A stretch of DNA of 64,000 nucleotides from Candidatus Latescibacterota bacterium (GTDB taxonomy: Bacteria; Latescibacterota; UBA2968; GCA-2709665). Where the stretch lies: positions 3,488,001-3,552,000 of the forward strand of contig OZ242358.1 in assembly GCA_965208835.1 (NCBI GenBank). The letters are read 5' to 3'. Shown piece after piece: positions 47,282-56,734 of this stretch. The notes below the pieces were generated by a model. The model made no database searches, was not told where the DNA came from, and saw only the letters and a program-made list of their open reading frames with translations. Position 1 is the first letter of the stretch. The number at the start of each line of letters is the position of its first letter. Both the position numbers and the translations under genes were made by a program.

Positions 47282-48175
47282 TCACTCTGTATCCCGCGAG
47301 TCCGCCCGAACCACCCAATCCTCGAACTCCAGGCTCTCGGACAGATGCCAGGCCGTCAGGTAGAGCGACGCGGTAAACATCACCGCCTCGCGCGCTCGCT
47401 CCATACCGAATGCCACGACCTCGGGAGCCGGCGTCCACTCGCCCTCACCCGCGGGCGGCAATCGACCCTCCAGGCCATATACGGCGTCCAGGAGCGACCT
47501 GCTGTTTTCAATCTGTGCGGCAATTCCGGACATCAGGCTGTCCAACACGACGGGTTGTTGACCCGAAGCCAAAGCCCCGGGCGCGGGGTCGATCCTGCGT
47601 ATCAGATCGTTCACCTTGTAGTGTATGCCGCTGGGTTGAATGGCGCCGTCCGGACCGGGCCGGCCGTTGAAGTACATTGTCACGTGCAGCGGCTGGCAGA
47701 GGTCCTGGGCGTAATTCGCGACAAAACCGGCGTACATCAGACACTTTTGTCTGATGTGGCGATTGTCTGGCCAGCGCCTGTGCTCTGCAAAAGCCACTGC
47801 CAGCCTCTGCGTCCACTCGGCTACCGAATAGGGCAGAAAACCGACCTTGTCCGGCGCGACGCCCTGCTTTGCGCAAAACTCAAGCAACCCGTTGCGATCA
47901 GCCGGCAGCGAAGCGTCCGTCAGTCGTTCCGGATTGAAATAGTGTTCGGGAACTTCGGCGCGGCGCAAAATCGGCGTTCCACGATTCCTTGCCAGGTCGG
48001 GGTCCCAAACATAGTGTGCGATCGCGTCTCCTCCGGCGCGAAAGAAGCCCGGCATCCGCTCCGGAAGCGAGGCGACCGCAGCTCTGGTGACGATGCCGTG
48101 CCCGCGGACCCACCATCCCTGGGCGGCGTTCGCATTCAGGACGACCAATACCAGTACGACAGCCCATCTCGCCAT
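47282..48175 (-). CDS. S1/P1 nuclease or Zn-dependent phospholipase C-like exported protein
   Basis: Signal peptide then WWVRGH mature N-terminus, WDPD, EHYF, NYAQDLCQPLHVT, GIH. Confidence 0.75.
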   Translation of the reverse strand: MARWAVVLVLVVLNANAAQGWWVRGHGIVTRAAVASLPERMPGFFRAGGDAIAHYVWDPDLARNRGTPILRRAEVPEHYFNPERLTDASLPADRNGLLEFCAKQGVAPDKVGFLPYSVAEWTQRLAVAFAEHRRWPDNRHIRQKCLMYAGFVANYAQDLCQPLHVTMYFNGRPGPDGAIQPSGIHYKVNDLIRRIDPAPGALASGQQPVVLDSLMSGIAAQIENSRSLLDAVYGLEGRLPPAGEGEWTPAPEVVAFGMERAREAVMFTASLYLTAWHLSESLEFEDWVVRADSRDTE

Positions 48176-48189
48176 CTGGCACCCCTTAC

Positions 48190-48288
48190 CAGTCCGTTGA
48201 AAAAGCCCATCCGTTCTACGGCCGGCCCTTGCGGTCGAAATACTGCGTTGCGCGGTCTCGCCTGCAGAGCGACTTTATCAACGGACTG
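48190..48288 (+). mobile_element. MITE-like repeat family A, copy 4 (internally deleted)
   Basis: TTAC|CAGTCCGTTGAAAAAGCCC...ACTTTATCAACGGACTG|TTAT; both ends intact, ~50-60 bp of the middle missing. Confidence 0.85.
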
Positions 48289-48389
48289 TTATATGCGCGT
48301 CAGCTCCGTTCCGTCTGCGGGAAATCTGCGTTTCTGAATTCTGACTGCGAAGTTACATCGGCGCATCTTCTTTGTCAACGTCTGGTTAA

Positions 48390-48423
48390 CAGAAGCGGAG
48401 GCCTCGTGTGAGACCTCCGCTTC
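48390..48423 (-). terminator. Hairpin downstream of selC
   Basis: GAAGCGGAGG...CCTCCGCTTC inverted repeat immediately 3' of the tRNA-Sec CCA. Confidence 0.6.
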
Positions 48424-48429
48424 CGATTA

Positions 48430-48527
48430 TGGCGGGAATGTGTGGGAATCGAACCCACCCAGCGTGTGATTAGCACGCCGCAACGGGTTTGAAGCCCGCG
48501 AGGGCCACCAGTGCCCCATCCACTCCC
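48430..48527 (-). tRNA. selC: tRNA-Sec (anticodon TCA)
   Basis: GGGAGTGGATGGGGCACTGGTGGCCCTCGCGGGCTTCAAACCCGTTGCGGCGTGCTAATCACACGCTGGGTGGGTTCGATTCCCACACATTCCCGCCA: UCA anticodon, long variable arm, TTCGATT loop, encoded CCA; adjacent to selB. Confidence 0.95.
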
Positions 48528-48650
48528 GCACAAAGAGCGGGCTTTCGGCAATCCCGTTATCCGGTTGCTTCGCAGGATAGGCCGCATCCGGAAGACTGAA
48601 TGCCGTTGAAAGCCGCGCAATGTCGACCGACACGATCCCCTGGCCGGCAC

Positions 48651-50555
48651 CTATATCTGCCCGGCAAGGACCCGGACGTCCCCCTTTCTCACGGTGACGC
48701 CCTTGTTGTCGAAATAGTTCAACAATGGAACGGCGTATTTGCGCGTGGTTCCCACCAGGTCGCGGAAAGCCGAAACACTCATTTCCCGGTTTCGCTGCAA
48801 GTAACCGTCGAGCCCCTGCTCAATCTCCTCGAGCGTGCGCGGCAAAAACACCAGATTCTCGTCGAGCCTTACGATCTCCCCCATCGCCTGCATGGCGGCC
48901 GCGACAGCGTGAACTTCGGCGGCGTCCTGCGCCAGGTGTACGCCAATCTCGTTCAGATCGGGAGGAGCCGCCCGCGCCGCCCTCAGAAGATCCAGAATTT
49001 CCTCTCTGATCCGGCCCTGATCCCCCGAGAACCGGATCCGGTGTTCGGCCAGCCGCAGCAGGGGACCAACGGATGCCAATACCTTCTCCGAGAGCAGATG
49101 GTCGATTGCGTGCTCGAAGAAGCCGGCAGGCGGCTTTCCCTCCACGCGCGGGCGGAGTTCGTTATGTGAAACCCCTGCCCTGAGAGGGTTGGCCTTGTGG
49201 TAGGTCGACAACGCTTCTGTTATCCGTGTGAGCAGGGACTGCCACGAATCCGTATGGACGTAAACGGCCACTCCCGCGCGGCGAAAGCCGAATGCGTCTC
49301 CCTCATCCAGCAAACCCTGCAGCCGGTCGTTGGTCTCGGACAGAGACAGCCCCAGCGCCGCCGCAAGGTCCCGGGCGGAATGCGCCCGGAATCCCGCCGC
49401 CTTCAGGCGAAGGCCCAATACCCGGGTCGGATCCTCAACTTCGGACCCGCGCAGTCGTTCCAGCGTATCCTCCCTGAAGCGGCGATGCTTGACCGGCTGC
49501 GCATCCAGCACCACCCCGCCGCCCAGTGTCTGCACGGGCGAATAACGCCGGATCACGAATCGGTCGCCCCGGGCGGCCACGCCGCGTCCTTCCAGGCGAA
49601 ACTGCACGAGCTGAGACTCACCGGGGTGCAATTCGTCGGCTTCGAGGAGAACCACGCGCGCCAGCACGTCGCGCGGACCGAGGTGCAGATGCACCCGCGT
49701 CCGGTTCTTCACCGAAGCCGGCGCATCCTTCAGCAGCCGCAGCCGCGCGTCGAGCATATAGGTTGAACTGAAATAGCCCTGTTGCGCCAGAAGATCGCCC
49801 CGGGCAACCTGATCTACCTCGACATCGGCCAGATTGATCGCCGCCCGGTGGCCGACAAGGGCGGTTTCCACGCCCCTGCCGTGCACCTGCACGCCGCGCA
49901 CCCGAACAGCCTGGTCTGCCGGCTGCAGCATCACCACGTCCTTCACCCGTACCTTGCCGGACAATACCGTGCCGGTCACGACCGTACCGAATCCCCTGAC
50001 GGAGAACACCCGATCCACCGGCAGACGGAACACACCGCCGTCAGGGCGCGTCTCCACCTTCCCGATTTCTTCCTCCAGCAATGTCCGGAGTGTCTCTATC
50101 CCCTCGCCGGTCGCAGCGGACACGGGCACGATCGGCGCGCCGTCCAGAAACGTGCCGTCGAACAGATCGCGCAGGTCCTCCACCACCAGTTCCGCCCAGT
50201 CCGGCTCCACCAGGTCCACCTTGTTCAGCGCCACAACACCCCGCCGCACGCCCAGAAAATTCAGGATTCCCAGGTGTTCGCGTGTCTGGGGCATGGCCCC
50301 GTCATCGGCCGCGACCACAAACAGTGCGAGATCCACCGAGCAGACACCCGTCACCATATTCTTCACAAACCGTTCGTGACCGGGCACGTCGATGATGGTG
50401 ACCTGGTCCTTCCAGTATGCGAATCCGATATCGATCGTGACCCCCCGATCCTTTTCCTGGGGGAGCGTATCCGTATCGATACCCGTAAGCGCCTTGATCA
50501 GCGCGGTTTTGCCGTGATCGATATGACCTGCCGTACCGATGATAACGTGCGACAT
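48651..50555 (-). CDS. selB: Selenocysteine-specific elongation factor
   Basis: [45 protein letters not shown]-terminal [19 protein letters not shown] winged helix; TGATG coupling to selA. Confidence 0.96.
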   Translation of the reverse strand: MSHVIIGTAGHIDHGKTALIKALTGIDTDTLPQEKDRGVTIDIGFAYWKDQVTIIDVPGHERFVKNMVTGVCSVDLALFVVAADDGAMPQTREHLGILNFLGVRRGVVALNKVDLVEPDWAELVVEDLRDLFDGTFLDGAPIVPVSAATGEGIETLRTLLEEEIGKVETRPDGGVFRLPVDRVFSVRGFGTVVTGTVLSGKVRVKDVVMLQPADQAVRVRGVQVHGRGVETALVGHRAAINLADVEVDQVARGDLLAQQGYFSSTYMLDARLRLLKDAPASVKNRTRVHLHLGPRDVLARVVLLEADELHPGESQLVQFRLEGRGVAARGDRFVIRRYSPVQTLGGGVVLDAQPVKHRRFREDTLERLRGSEVEDPTRVLGLRLKAAGFRAHSARDLAAALGLSLSETNDRLQGLLDEGDAFGFRRAGVAVYVHTDSWQSLLTRITEALSTYHKANPLRAGVSHNELRPRVEGKPPAGFFEHAIDHLLSEKVLASVGPLLRLAEHRIRFSGDQGRIREEILDLLRAARAAPPDLNEIGVHLAQDAAEVHAVAAAMQAMGEIVRLDENLVFLPRTLEEIEQGLDGYLQRNREMSVSAFRDLVGTTRKYAVPLLNYFDNKGVTVRKGDVRVLAGQI

Positions 50556-51976
50556 CAGGCTGACTCCACACAGATCCCCGCCGCCCCGCACAGCGCGGCC
50601 TCTACGATGCGCAACTCACCGGCCGCCACCGTTCGCAGATCCAGAAACAGTCGATCGTCCCGCACGTATCCGATAACCGGCGGATCGTTCGACCGCAAAC
50701 GGGCCGCCAGTTCGGTTACGGAACCACCGGCGAATGACACACGTAACGCGACGCTGGGGATTTCCTCAAGCGGCATGGCGCCGCTTCCCGTCTGGGCGAC
50801 CGAATCCACCAATTCAACCCGCAACCTGTTGTCGGGCAGTTGACTCAGCCGAGACAGACTCCGCCGACCGCGCCGCTTCAGCGTTTTGACAGGCTCGGTG
50901 AGCATCGCGAGCGTTGGATGCGTCCGCAACAGTTCCTTCCGATTCAGGAAAAGTCTCAACGTTGACGCCAGCGCGGCGTACGTCAGCTTCCCGCACCTCA
51001 GCGCCCGCATGAGCGGGTTCCGACGGATCCTCCGGATGGCGTCTCGCCGCCCAACCAGAATACCCGCCTGGGGGCCGCCCAGCACCTTGTCTGCGCTGAA
51101 CGTAACCACGTCGGCGCCGGCCGCAACGCTGTCCGAAACCAGGGGTTCGTGAGGCAGACCGAATTCGCGCATGTCCACAAGTGCACCGCCGCCCAGGTCG
51201 TGGACCACGGCCACACCGCGCCGATTGCCCAGCGCAACCAGGTCCGCGAGTGAAACCGCGGCCGTAAATCCCATCACCTTGTAATTGCTCGGGTGTACCG
51301 CCAGCATCAGACCGGCGCGGTCGGTCAGCGCCGCCTCGAAGTCTTGCAGGTGGGTCCGGTTGGTCGTACCGACCTCGACCATCACTGCGCCGCTGCGCGC
51401 CATGATTTCCGGGATGCGAAAGGACCCTCCGATTTCGATCAGTTCGCCTCGTGAGACCAGCGCTTCTTTGCCCAGACACAGCGTATTCAGGGACAATAAT
51501 ACGGCCGCCGCGTTGTTATTGACCACGGCCGCCGCTTCCGCGCCCGTCAGCACGCACAGCAATTCTTCGACCAGGGCCGTTCGGGACCCGCGACGGCCCG
51601 TTTCAAGGTCCACTTCCAGATTGCTGTACCCCGCGGCAGCTCCCGCGACGGCCCGGGCGGCCGCATCCGGCAGCGGCGCGCGTCCGAGGTTTGTGTGCAG
51701 CACGATTCCCGTGGCGTTGACGACCCGCTTGAGACCGGAAGCGGCAATGCGCTTGAAACGCCGGCAGACATCGCGAACCACCCATGCCACCAGAAGCTCC
51801 CGGGACTCGCCGATCGCCTCACCTTCAAGCACGGCCTCCCGGGCCGCGTCGATTCCCTCGCGCACGAAACGCACGACCAGCGGCTGATCGCAGCGCTCGC
51901 ACAACGCCCGCACCTCTGGTTCGGCCATGACCGAGTCAACCGAAGGAATTACCGAAAGGTTGGCCTGTGCCACCAC
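50555..51976 (-). CDS. selA: L-seryl-tRNA(Sec) selenium transferase
   Basis: VVNATGIVLHTNLGRAP, YSNLE.DL..G.RGSR, VNNNAAA, SRGELIEIGGSFRIP, FSADKVLGGPQAG; start probably GTG ~51976 after GGGAG. Confidence 0.96.
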   Translation of the reverse strand: MVAQANLSVIPSVDSVMAEPEVRALCERCDQPLVVRFVREGIDAAREAVLEGEAIGESRELLVAWVVRDVCRRFKRIAASGLKRVVNATGIVLHTNLGRAPLPDAAARAVAGAAAGYSNLEVDLETGRRGSRTALVEELLCVLTGAEAAAVVNNNAAAVLLSLNTLCLGKEALVSRGELIEIGGSFRIPEIMARSGAVMVEVGTTNRTHLQDFEAALTDRAGLMLAVHPSNYKVMGFTAAVSLADLVALGNRRGVAVVHDLGGGALVDMREFGLPHEPLVSDSVAAGADVVTFSADKVLGGPQAGILVGRRDAIRRIRRNPLMRALRCGKLTYAALASTLRLFLNRKELLRTHPTLAMLTEPVKTLKRRGRRSLSRLSQLPDNRLRVELVDSVAQTGSGAMPLEEIPSVALRVSFAGGSVTELAARLRSNDPPVIGYVRDDRLFLDLRTVAAGELRIVEAALCGAAGICVESA

Positions 51977-51988
51977 GTTTCTCCCGAT

Positions 51989-52042
51989 TCTAGTGTTCTG
52001 TCCCGGAAATAAGTTACCTAATTTCCGGGACAGAACACTAGA
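51989..52042. repeat. Perfect 22-bp inverted repeat (probable TIR-only micro-element with CTAG duplication)
   Basis: TCTAGTGTTCTGTCCCGGAAAT-10 nt-ATTTCCGGGACAGAACACTAGA. Confidence 0.85.
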
Positions 52043-52113
52043 CGCCATCAGCGATGCACGGTGCAGGGTATTGTGTACCCCGGAACGGGTTCATACCCGC
52101 AGGGAGGCCTGCC

Positions 52114-54327
52114 TCAGGGTACGATGCTGAACGAAATCTCCTTCGAAGCCTGTTCATCCGCCAGCAGGTCCGTTACGGCCACCCTAACAAGCTGTCCGCC
52201 CTCTCGCGTCCCGGTCAGGTCCAGCTCCACGTACGCCACTTCGTCCGGCCGGTTACCGGCCTGATCGTAGGCGATCACGATCTCCTGGTCCTTTTCTGAC
52301 AGCCGGAATACCCGGCCCAGTCCGTGCAGAATTTTCGCAGGCAACGCCCTGTCCCTCTTTGACCGCAACGTATATTCCACTCGATAGCGCGTCTGTCCGA
52401 AGGCATCCTGCTTCAGATTATATATCTCGAAATAAACGAACGCGTTCTGATGGCTCCGAAACGCAAGCGACGACATCGGGATTACCTTAAGGCCGTTCTT
52501 TATGTACTCACCCTCCGTCTCTTCCGTCGGTTCCGTCGCGAAGGCCAGTTCGATATCGCTGATCAGCAGCCCGGATGTTTTGTGATAGTCCTCCAGGACA
52601 ACCGCCTGCTGATAGACCTGGGACTTGCCGGAAACCACGTCCCTTACCTGCAGGGCCATCTGGTACGTACCCGGCGGCAGGTCCACCGGCATCACGCCGG
52701 GAATGAACGCGCCGTCGGCAACCTGCCGGTCCGAGGGGGCCCTGAAGGCCATCTGATCCACCTCACGATAGACTTCGTTCCACGAGCCGTCGAACAAGGC
52801 TACGCCCCGGTCCAGCAGAATGAGATCCGTCTTCCCATCCACATTCAACCGCACGACCTCGGATGCAGGCAGCCCGTAGTAGACCTCAAGTCGCGTCCTG
52901 GACTCCGGTCCCCTGAAATCCGCAGGATAGTAGTAGAAATCGATGGGCAGATCGGCGAAGTCGGGCGAATAGCGTGACGGCCGCGTGGCCACGACATTCT
53001 GCATGATCACCCCGCCCTGGAATTCGGCCAGATGGACACCGATATGCGGCGCGACGCTCAGCGGAAACGGCGCAAAGTCGTAACGCCTGCCCTTGAAGAC
53101 TTCCGCGAAGGTGATCTCGATTCCGCCGTCAACCTGCGTGTAGATCCAGTATTCCCACTTGGCATTCGCGGCAACCGGAAAGATTGGCAACCCCGGTGAA
53201 ATGGCCAGTGCCATCCGGGAACGATTCACGAAATTCACACGCGTTTCCTGTAATTCCCGATTCCGTTCGGCCTGAACATCGTCCCATCTGCTGATGTGAT
53301 CGGGATTTCCAAGCCGGATGAATACCTCGCCGCGCTTGTCCCATCCGCCATCCGGCCTGGTATAGTGTTCCAGCGCGTACGCGACACGGCGATAGTGCTC
53401 CAGCAGACGTTCGTTTTCAGGTGTGAGAGGAGTTGGGTCGCGTCGGATCCAGTACCGTGCGGCGAGCGCATCTCTCTCCTCGGGAAACGCCGCCTCAAAA
53501 CGCGCAAGGTCCTCGTCGTCCGCCACAAGGGATATGTCCTGATATCTGCGTTGTTCTGCTTCCGGCAGGAAGGAGAAATAGACCTCGAACAGTCGGTTCG
53601 CACGCTCGAAGTCGCGATTCATCAGGGCAATAACGGCGAGATCGCGATTGGCCGGAACACGGGCGTCGCCACCGGCCTTCAGCAGCCCTGAGAGCGTGCT
53701 GACCGCTTCCTCGCTGTTGCCCAGCGAAAGCCACAACCTGGCCAGCCGGATTCCCGCGTCGGGGTGTGCCGGATTCACCGCCATCTCTTGCTGGTAGACG
53801 GAAATCGCCTCGTGGCGCTTGCCGTCGTCCTCCAGAAGCAGTCCAACCTGGTAATGAGCGTCCGGGTAGCCGGCATCCATTTCGATCACTCTCTCAAATG
53901 CCTCCCGCGCCCGACGTTTCCGCGTTTCCAGGTAGACGACCGCGAGGTGGTATTGCGCCTCCGCCATGCCCGGATCGGCCCTCAGGGCACGCTTGAAATA
54001 CGTCTCTGCGCGCCTGAATCCCTGCCTGGATGCCATATAGGCCAGTCCCAACCCGTTGTAACCGGCTGCCCTGGCGCCTTTTTTCACCGCCTTCCTGAAT
54101 GCGTTTTTGGCCTCTTTCTGATTGCCGGCATCCAGGTACGCCTGCCCCATCAGGACGTAATCCCGCGCCGTTTCCTCTCCCGTGCCGATCACCCGCTTCA
54201 GCGCGGCGACGGCACGTTCCGGCCGACCCCCCTCAATGTCCGCTTCCGCCCGGACACGCAGCGAATCAGCCGGCGCCGCCGATACGGATGCAACGATCGT
54301 GAGACTCAGGGAAATTATCCACGTCAT
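52114..54327 (-). CDS. Exported TPR protein with a GWxTD-like domain
   Basis: Signal peptide, many TPRs, YW.RRDPTP.TPENERL.EHYRRVAYA, GWDKRGEVFIRLGNPD, WEYWIY, C-terminal beta-sandwich. Confidence 0.85.
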   Translation of the reverse strand: MTWIISLSLTIVASVSAAPADSLRVRAEADIEGGRPERAVAALKRVIGTGEETARDYVLMGQAYLDAGNQKEAKNAFRKAVKKGARAAGYNGLGLAYMASRQGFRRAETYFKRALRADPGMAEAQYHLAVVYLETRKRRAREAFERVIEMDAGYPDAHYQVGLLLEDDGKRHEAISVYQQEMAVNPAHPDAGIRLARLWLSLGNSEEAVSTLSGLLKAGGDARVPANRDLAVIALMNRDFERANRLFEVYFSFLPEAEQRRYQDISLVADDEDLARFEAAFPEERDALAARYWIRRDPTPLTPENERLLEHYRRVAYALEHYTRPDGGWDKRGEVFIRLGNPDHISRWDDVQAERNRELQETRVNFVNRSRMALAISPGLPIFPVAANAKWEYWIYTQVDGGIEITFAEVFKGRRYDFAPFPLSVAPHIGVHLAEFQGGVIMQNVVATRPSRYSPDFADLPIDFYYYPADFRGPESRTRLEVYYGLPASEVVRLNVDGKTDLILLDRGVALFDGSWNEVYREVDQMAFRAPSDRQVADGAFIPGVMPVDLPPGTYQMALQVRDVVSGKSQVYQQAVVLEDYHKTSGLLISDIELAFATEPTEETEGEYIKNGLKVIPMSSLAFRSHQNAFVYFEIYNLKQDAFGQTRYRVEYTLRSKRDRALPAKILHGLGRVFRLSEKDQEIVIAYDQAGNRPDEVAYVELDLTGTREGGQLVRVAVTDLLADEQASKEISFSIVP

Positions 54328-54468
54328 GGTCAAGCCTTCTTCGTAGAGACGCACGGCAAGTCACTGAGAAAATCTATCGAATATACACTCCGCACGCAAA
54401 GTATTTCTATGCTTGGCACGCGTGCGGGGAGCCGGTCCGCAATCCCGTAAATTCAGCATGCTTCGGCA

Positions 54469-54497
54469 TTGACAAGGCGCCAGTGCAGGTTTATCTT
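54469..54497 (+). promoter_or_regulatory. Sigma70 promoter for galU
   Basis: TTGACA-17 nt-TATCTT, 33 nt upstream of the ATG. Confidence 0.6.
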
Positions 54498-54529
54498 TCC
54501 GGCCGGTCAATTACTGGGAAGGGTCATTT

Positions 54530-55444
54530 ATGTGCGTCCGTAAAGTCGTCATCCCGGTTGCCGGGCTCGGTACCCGATTGTTGCCCACGACAAGAGCCCT
54601 GCCGAAAGAGATGCTGCCCGTTGGCAAATATCCCGCGATACAGCACGTGGTCGAGGAAATGGCAGCCGCGAATCTGACGAAGTGTCTCTTCATTACCTCT
54701 CACAGCAAAACTATTATCGAAAACCAGTTCGACAACAACGTCGATCTTGCCTCACAGTCTGGCCAGAACCACGGATCCAATGACACGGGTCAACTCGACT
54801 ACAGCCGGCGCGGCATCGAGTTCTTTTATACCCGACAGCAGGCGCTCTCCTCCGCGAAGGGACCCCGGGGCACGGGCGCGGCAATACTCGCTGCCGAGAG
54901 CTTCGTGGACACGGAGCACTTTGCGGTCGCCTACGGCGATACAATTATCAACACCAGGCATACGCCAAACTTTCTTGCTCGAATGATCGAATCTCATCTC
55001 GAATTCGGGTCCGCGTGTACCGTGGGCGTCCGTCGGGTCACGTCCGATATGGTCGGACGGTACGGAATCGTCGAACCGGACCCGGCAGACGATCTGAACG
55101 CAGACAGCTTCGCCATCCACGATCTGGTGGAAAAACCCGGTGCAGACGAGGCGCCAAGCCTGATGGCCGTGAGCGCCCGCTATGTGTTCAGTCCCGATAT
55201 CTTCGATGAAATCCGCGCGCTTACGCAGGCCGCGCGCGAAGAAATCGGCGTCACGGACGCCATTCGAGGCCTGATACGGCGGGGGAAATCGGTCAGATGC
55301 GTGCGTCTGTTACCGGACGAAACAAGATACGACATCGGTAGCCACGCCAGCTACTACAGGGCGTTTATTGACTTTGCCCTTCAGGATCCCGAGTGCGGAG
55401 ACAGAATTCGGGAGTACCTCGAAGCCTGCTTAACAGCCCGTTAA
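54530..55444 (+). CDS. galU: UTP--glucose-1-phosphate uridylyltransferase
   Basis: KVVIPVAGLGTRLLP.T.ALPKEMLP, YTRQ, GTGAAIL, YGIV, LVEKP, RYDIGS; last codons and stop lie inside repeat copy 5. Confidence 0.9.
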   Translation: MCVRKVVIPVAGLGTRLLPTTRALPKEMLPVGKYPAIQHVVEEMAAANLTKCLFITSHSKTIIENQFDNNVDLASQSGQNHGSNDTGQLDYSRRGIEFFYTRQQALSSAKGPRGTGAAILAAESFVDTEHFAVAYGDTIINTRHTPNFLARMIESHLEFGSACTVGVRRVTSDMVGRYGIVEPDPADDLNADSFAIHDLVEKPGADEAPSLMAVSARYVFSPDIFDEIRALTQAAREEIGVTDAIRGLIRRGKSVRCVRLLPDETRYDIGSHASYYRAFIDFALQDPECGDRIREYLEACLTAR

Positions 55445-55593
55445 AAAAGCCCATCCGGACTGCGGCCGGCCCTTGCGGTCGAAATACTACGTTGCGCGCC
55501 CTCGCCGAATCGTAGGATGGGACTCGGTTGCGCGCCTTGTCCTCGGCCACAATGGCTCGGCCTCGCCTGCAGAGCGGCTTTTTCAACGGACTG
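55434..55593 (+). mobile_element. MITE-like repeat family A, copy 5
   Basis: TTAA|CAGCCCGTTAAAAAAGCCC...GCTTTTTCAACGGACTG|TTGA. Confidence 0.85.
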
Positions 55594-55654
55594 TTGAAGC
55601 GCGCTGGCAAGACCCCCGATCCGGGTGAGGTTCGCGGACAATAGCACGCCACAG

Positions 55655-55692
55655 AAAAAAGCCCTTCGGAACTCAGAAATCCGAAGGGTTTT
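55655..55692. terminator. Bidirectional intrinsic terminator
   Basis: AAAAAAGCCCTTCGGA-loop-TCCGAAGGGTTTT between convergent genes. Confidence 0.75.
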
Positions 55693-55834
55693 GCCAAATG
55701 CAGTATTGGTTGGATTCGACGAACGGAAACGGGAGCCTCGCCTGCCGGGTGACTGGCCAATTGACCCAGCATCGACGGCGCCACGGGTTCCGGCTTCTCT
55801 TCCCGAACGCTCCTCTTCTCCCAGGAATGCCCGT

Positions 55835-56290
55835 TCAACGCGTCTGATCATCGTCGGTCACGAGTTTCTCGCCGTCGAAGATCAACTTGCCCTTTTCGTA
55901 GATGCAACCGGTCTCCTCGACCAGTTCGTATTTCATCAACTGACCATGCGACATATGATTGAAGACTTCTTTGGGGTCTTTGTATTTTTCAATCAGTTTT
56001 TCGATTGGACCCTCGAACTGGATGGACCTGCGAACGGGTCGCTCTCTTTCGCGACGTTCCCGCTCCTCCGTGGTTAGGATAGGCAGCCGCTCAGCCGCGG
56101 GTCCGAGCCGGCTGGTATACTCCTGCCGCTGTCGAAACCGGTCGTGGCGCTTCTCGAGTTCCGACTTGTCCCCTACGTTGTCGTAATATTCCGATACCTC
56201 GTCCGCCTTCTGCCTGAATCGCTCCTGTTCCTGGTCCTTCAGTTCATCGTTGCCCATCTTTCGCATAATATCCTTAACCGACTTGCTCAT
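55835..56290 (-). CDS. Hypothetical, highly charged soluble protein
   Basis: GGAGG RBS, own promoter and terminator; E/K/R/D-rich; no motif recognised. Confidence 0.75.
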   Translation of the reverse strand: MSKSVKDIMRKMGNDELKDQEQERFRQKADEVSEYYDNVGDKSELEKRHDRFRQRQEYTSRLGPAAERLPILTTEERERRERERPVRRSIQFEGPIEKLIEKYKDPKEVFNHMSHGQLMKYELVEETGCIYEKGKLIFDGEKLVTDDDQTR

Positions 56291-56380
56291 TCATACGCCT
56301 CCAGGTCATTGGGACATCGGGTCACGCAGACGCATTTGTCGCGGTGCGGCGATATTTTTCGGCTCGGCTCCACGACAAAA

Positions 56381-56409
56381 AACATACATCGCGGCCTCGC
56401 ATTTGTCAA
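56381..56409 (-). promoter_or_regulatory. Sigma70 promoter for the 151-aa hypothetical gene
   Basis: TTGACA-17 nt-TATGTT on the minus strand. Confidence 0.6.
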
Positions 56410-56571
56410 CGGCAAATTTCGAGTTTCCGTACCGCCGCGTTCCCGAAATGCTTTGACTCCCGAAAGTCTCCAACGTAGTTTGTCGTCGGTGAAAAAGGGG
56501 CCCGCAAACGCGCCCCGCGACCCTGACCCTGGATCGCCACGATCCGATGCGTGGCATTGCACCGGCCCTGG

Positions 56572-56717
56572 CAGCCCGTTGAAAGGGTCGATCCGGGCTA
56601 CGGCTGGCCCTTGTGGTCGAAATACCGCGTTGCGCGCCCTCGCCGAATCGCCTGATGGGACTCGGTCGCGCGCCTTATCGTCGGCATCGCCTGCAGAGCG
56701 ACCCTATCAACGGACTG
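56572..56717 (+). mobile_element. MITE-like repeat family A, copy 6
   Basis: CTGG|CAGCCCGTTGAAAGGG...CCCTATCAACGGACTG|TTAA, 17 nt before the mazG ATG. Confidence 0.85.
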
Positions 56718-56734
56718 TTAACAAGGAACCCTGG

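Noticed and set aside
45941-48337. 798-aa plus-strand ORF and other long antisense ORFs (2737-3810, 7173-8219, 17178-18377, 26815-28602)
   Set aside because: Shadow frames opposite well-supported genes in GC-rich DNA; no recognisable motifs
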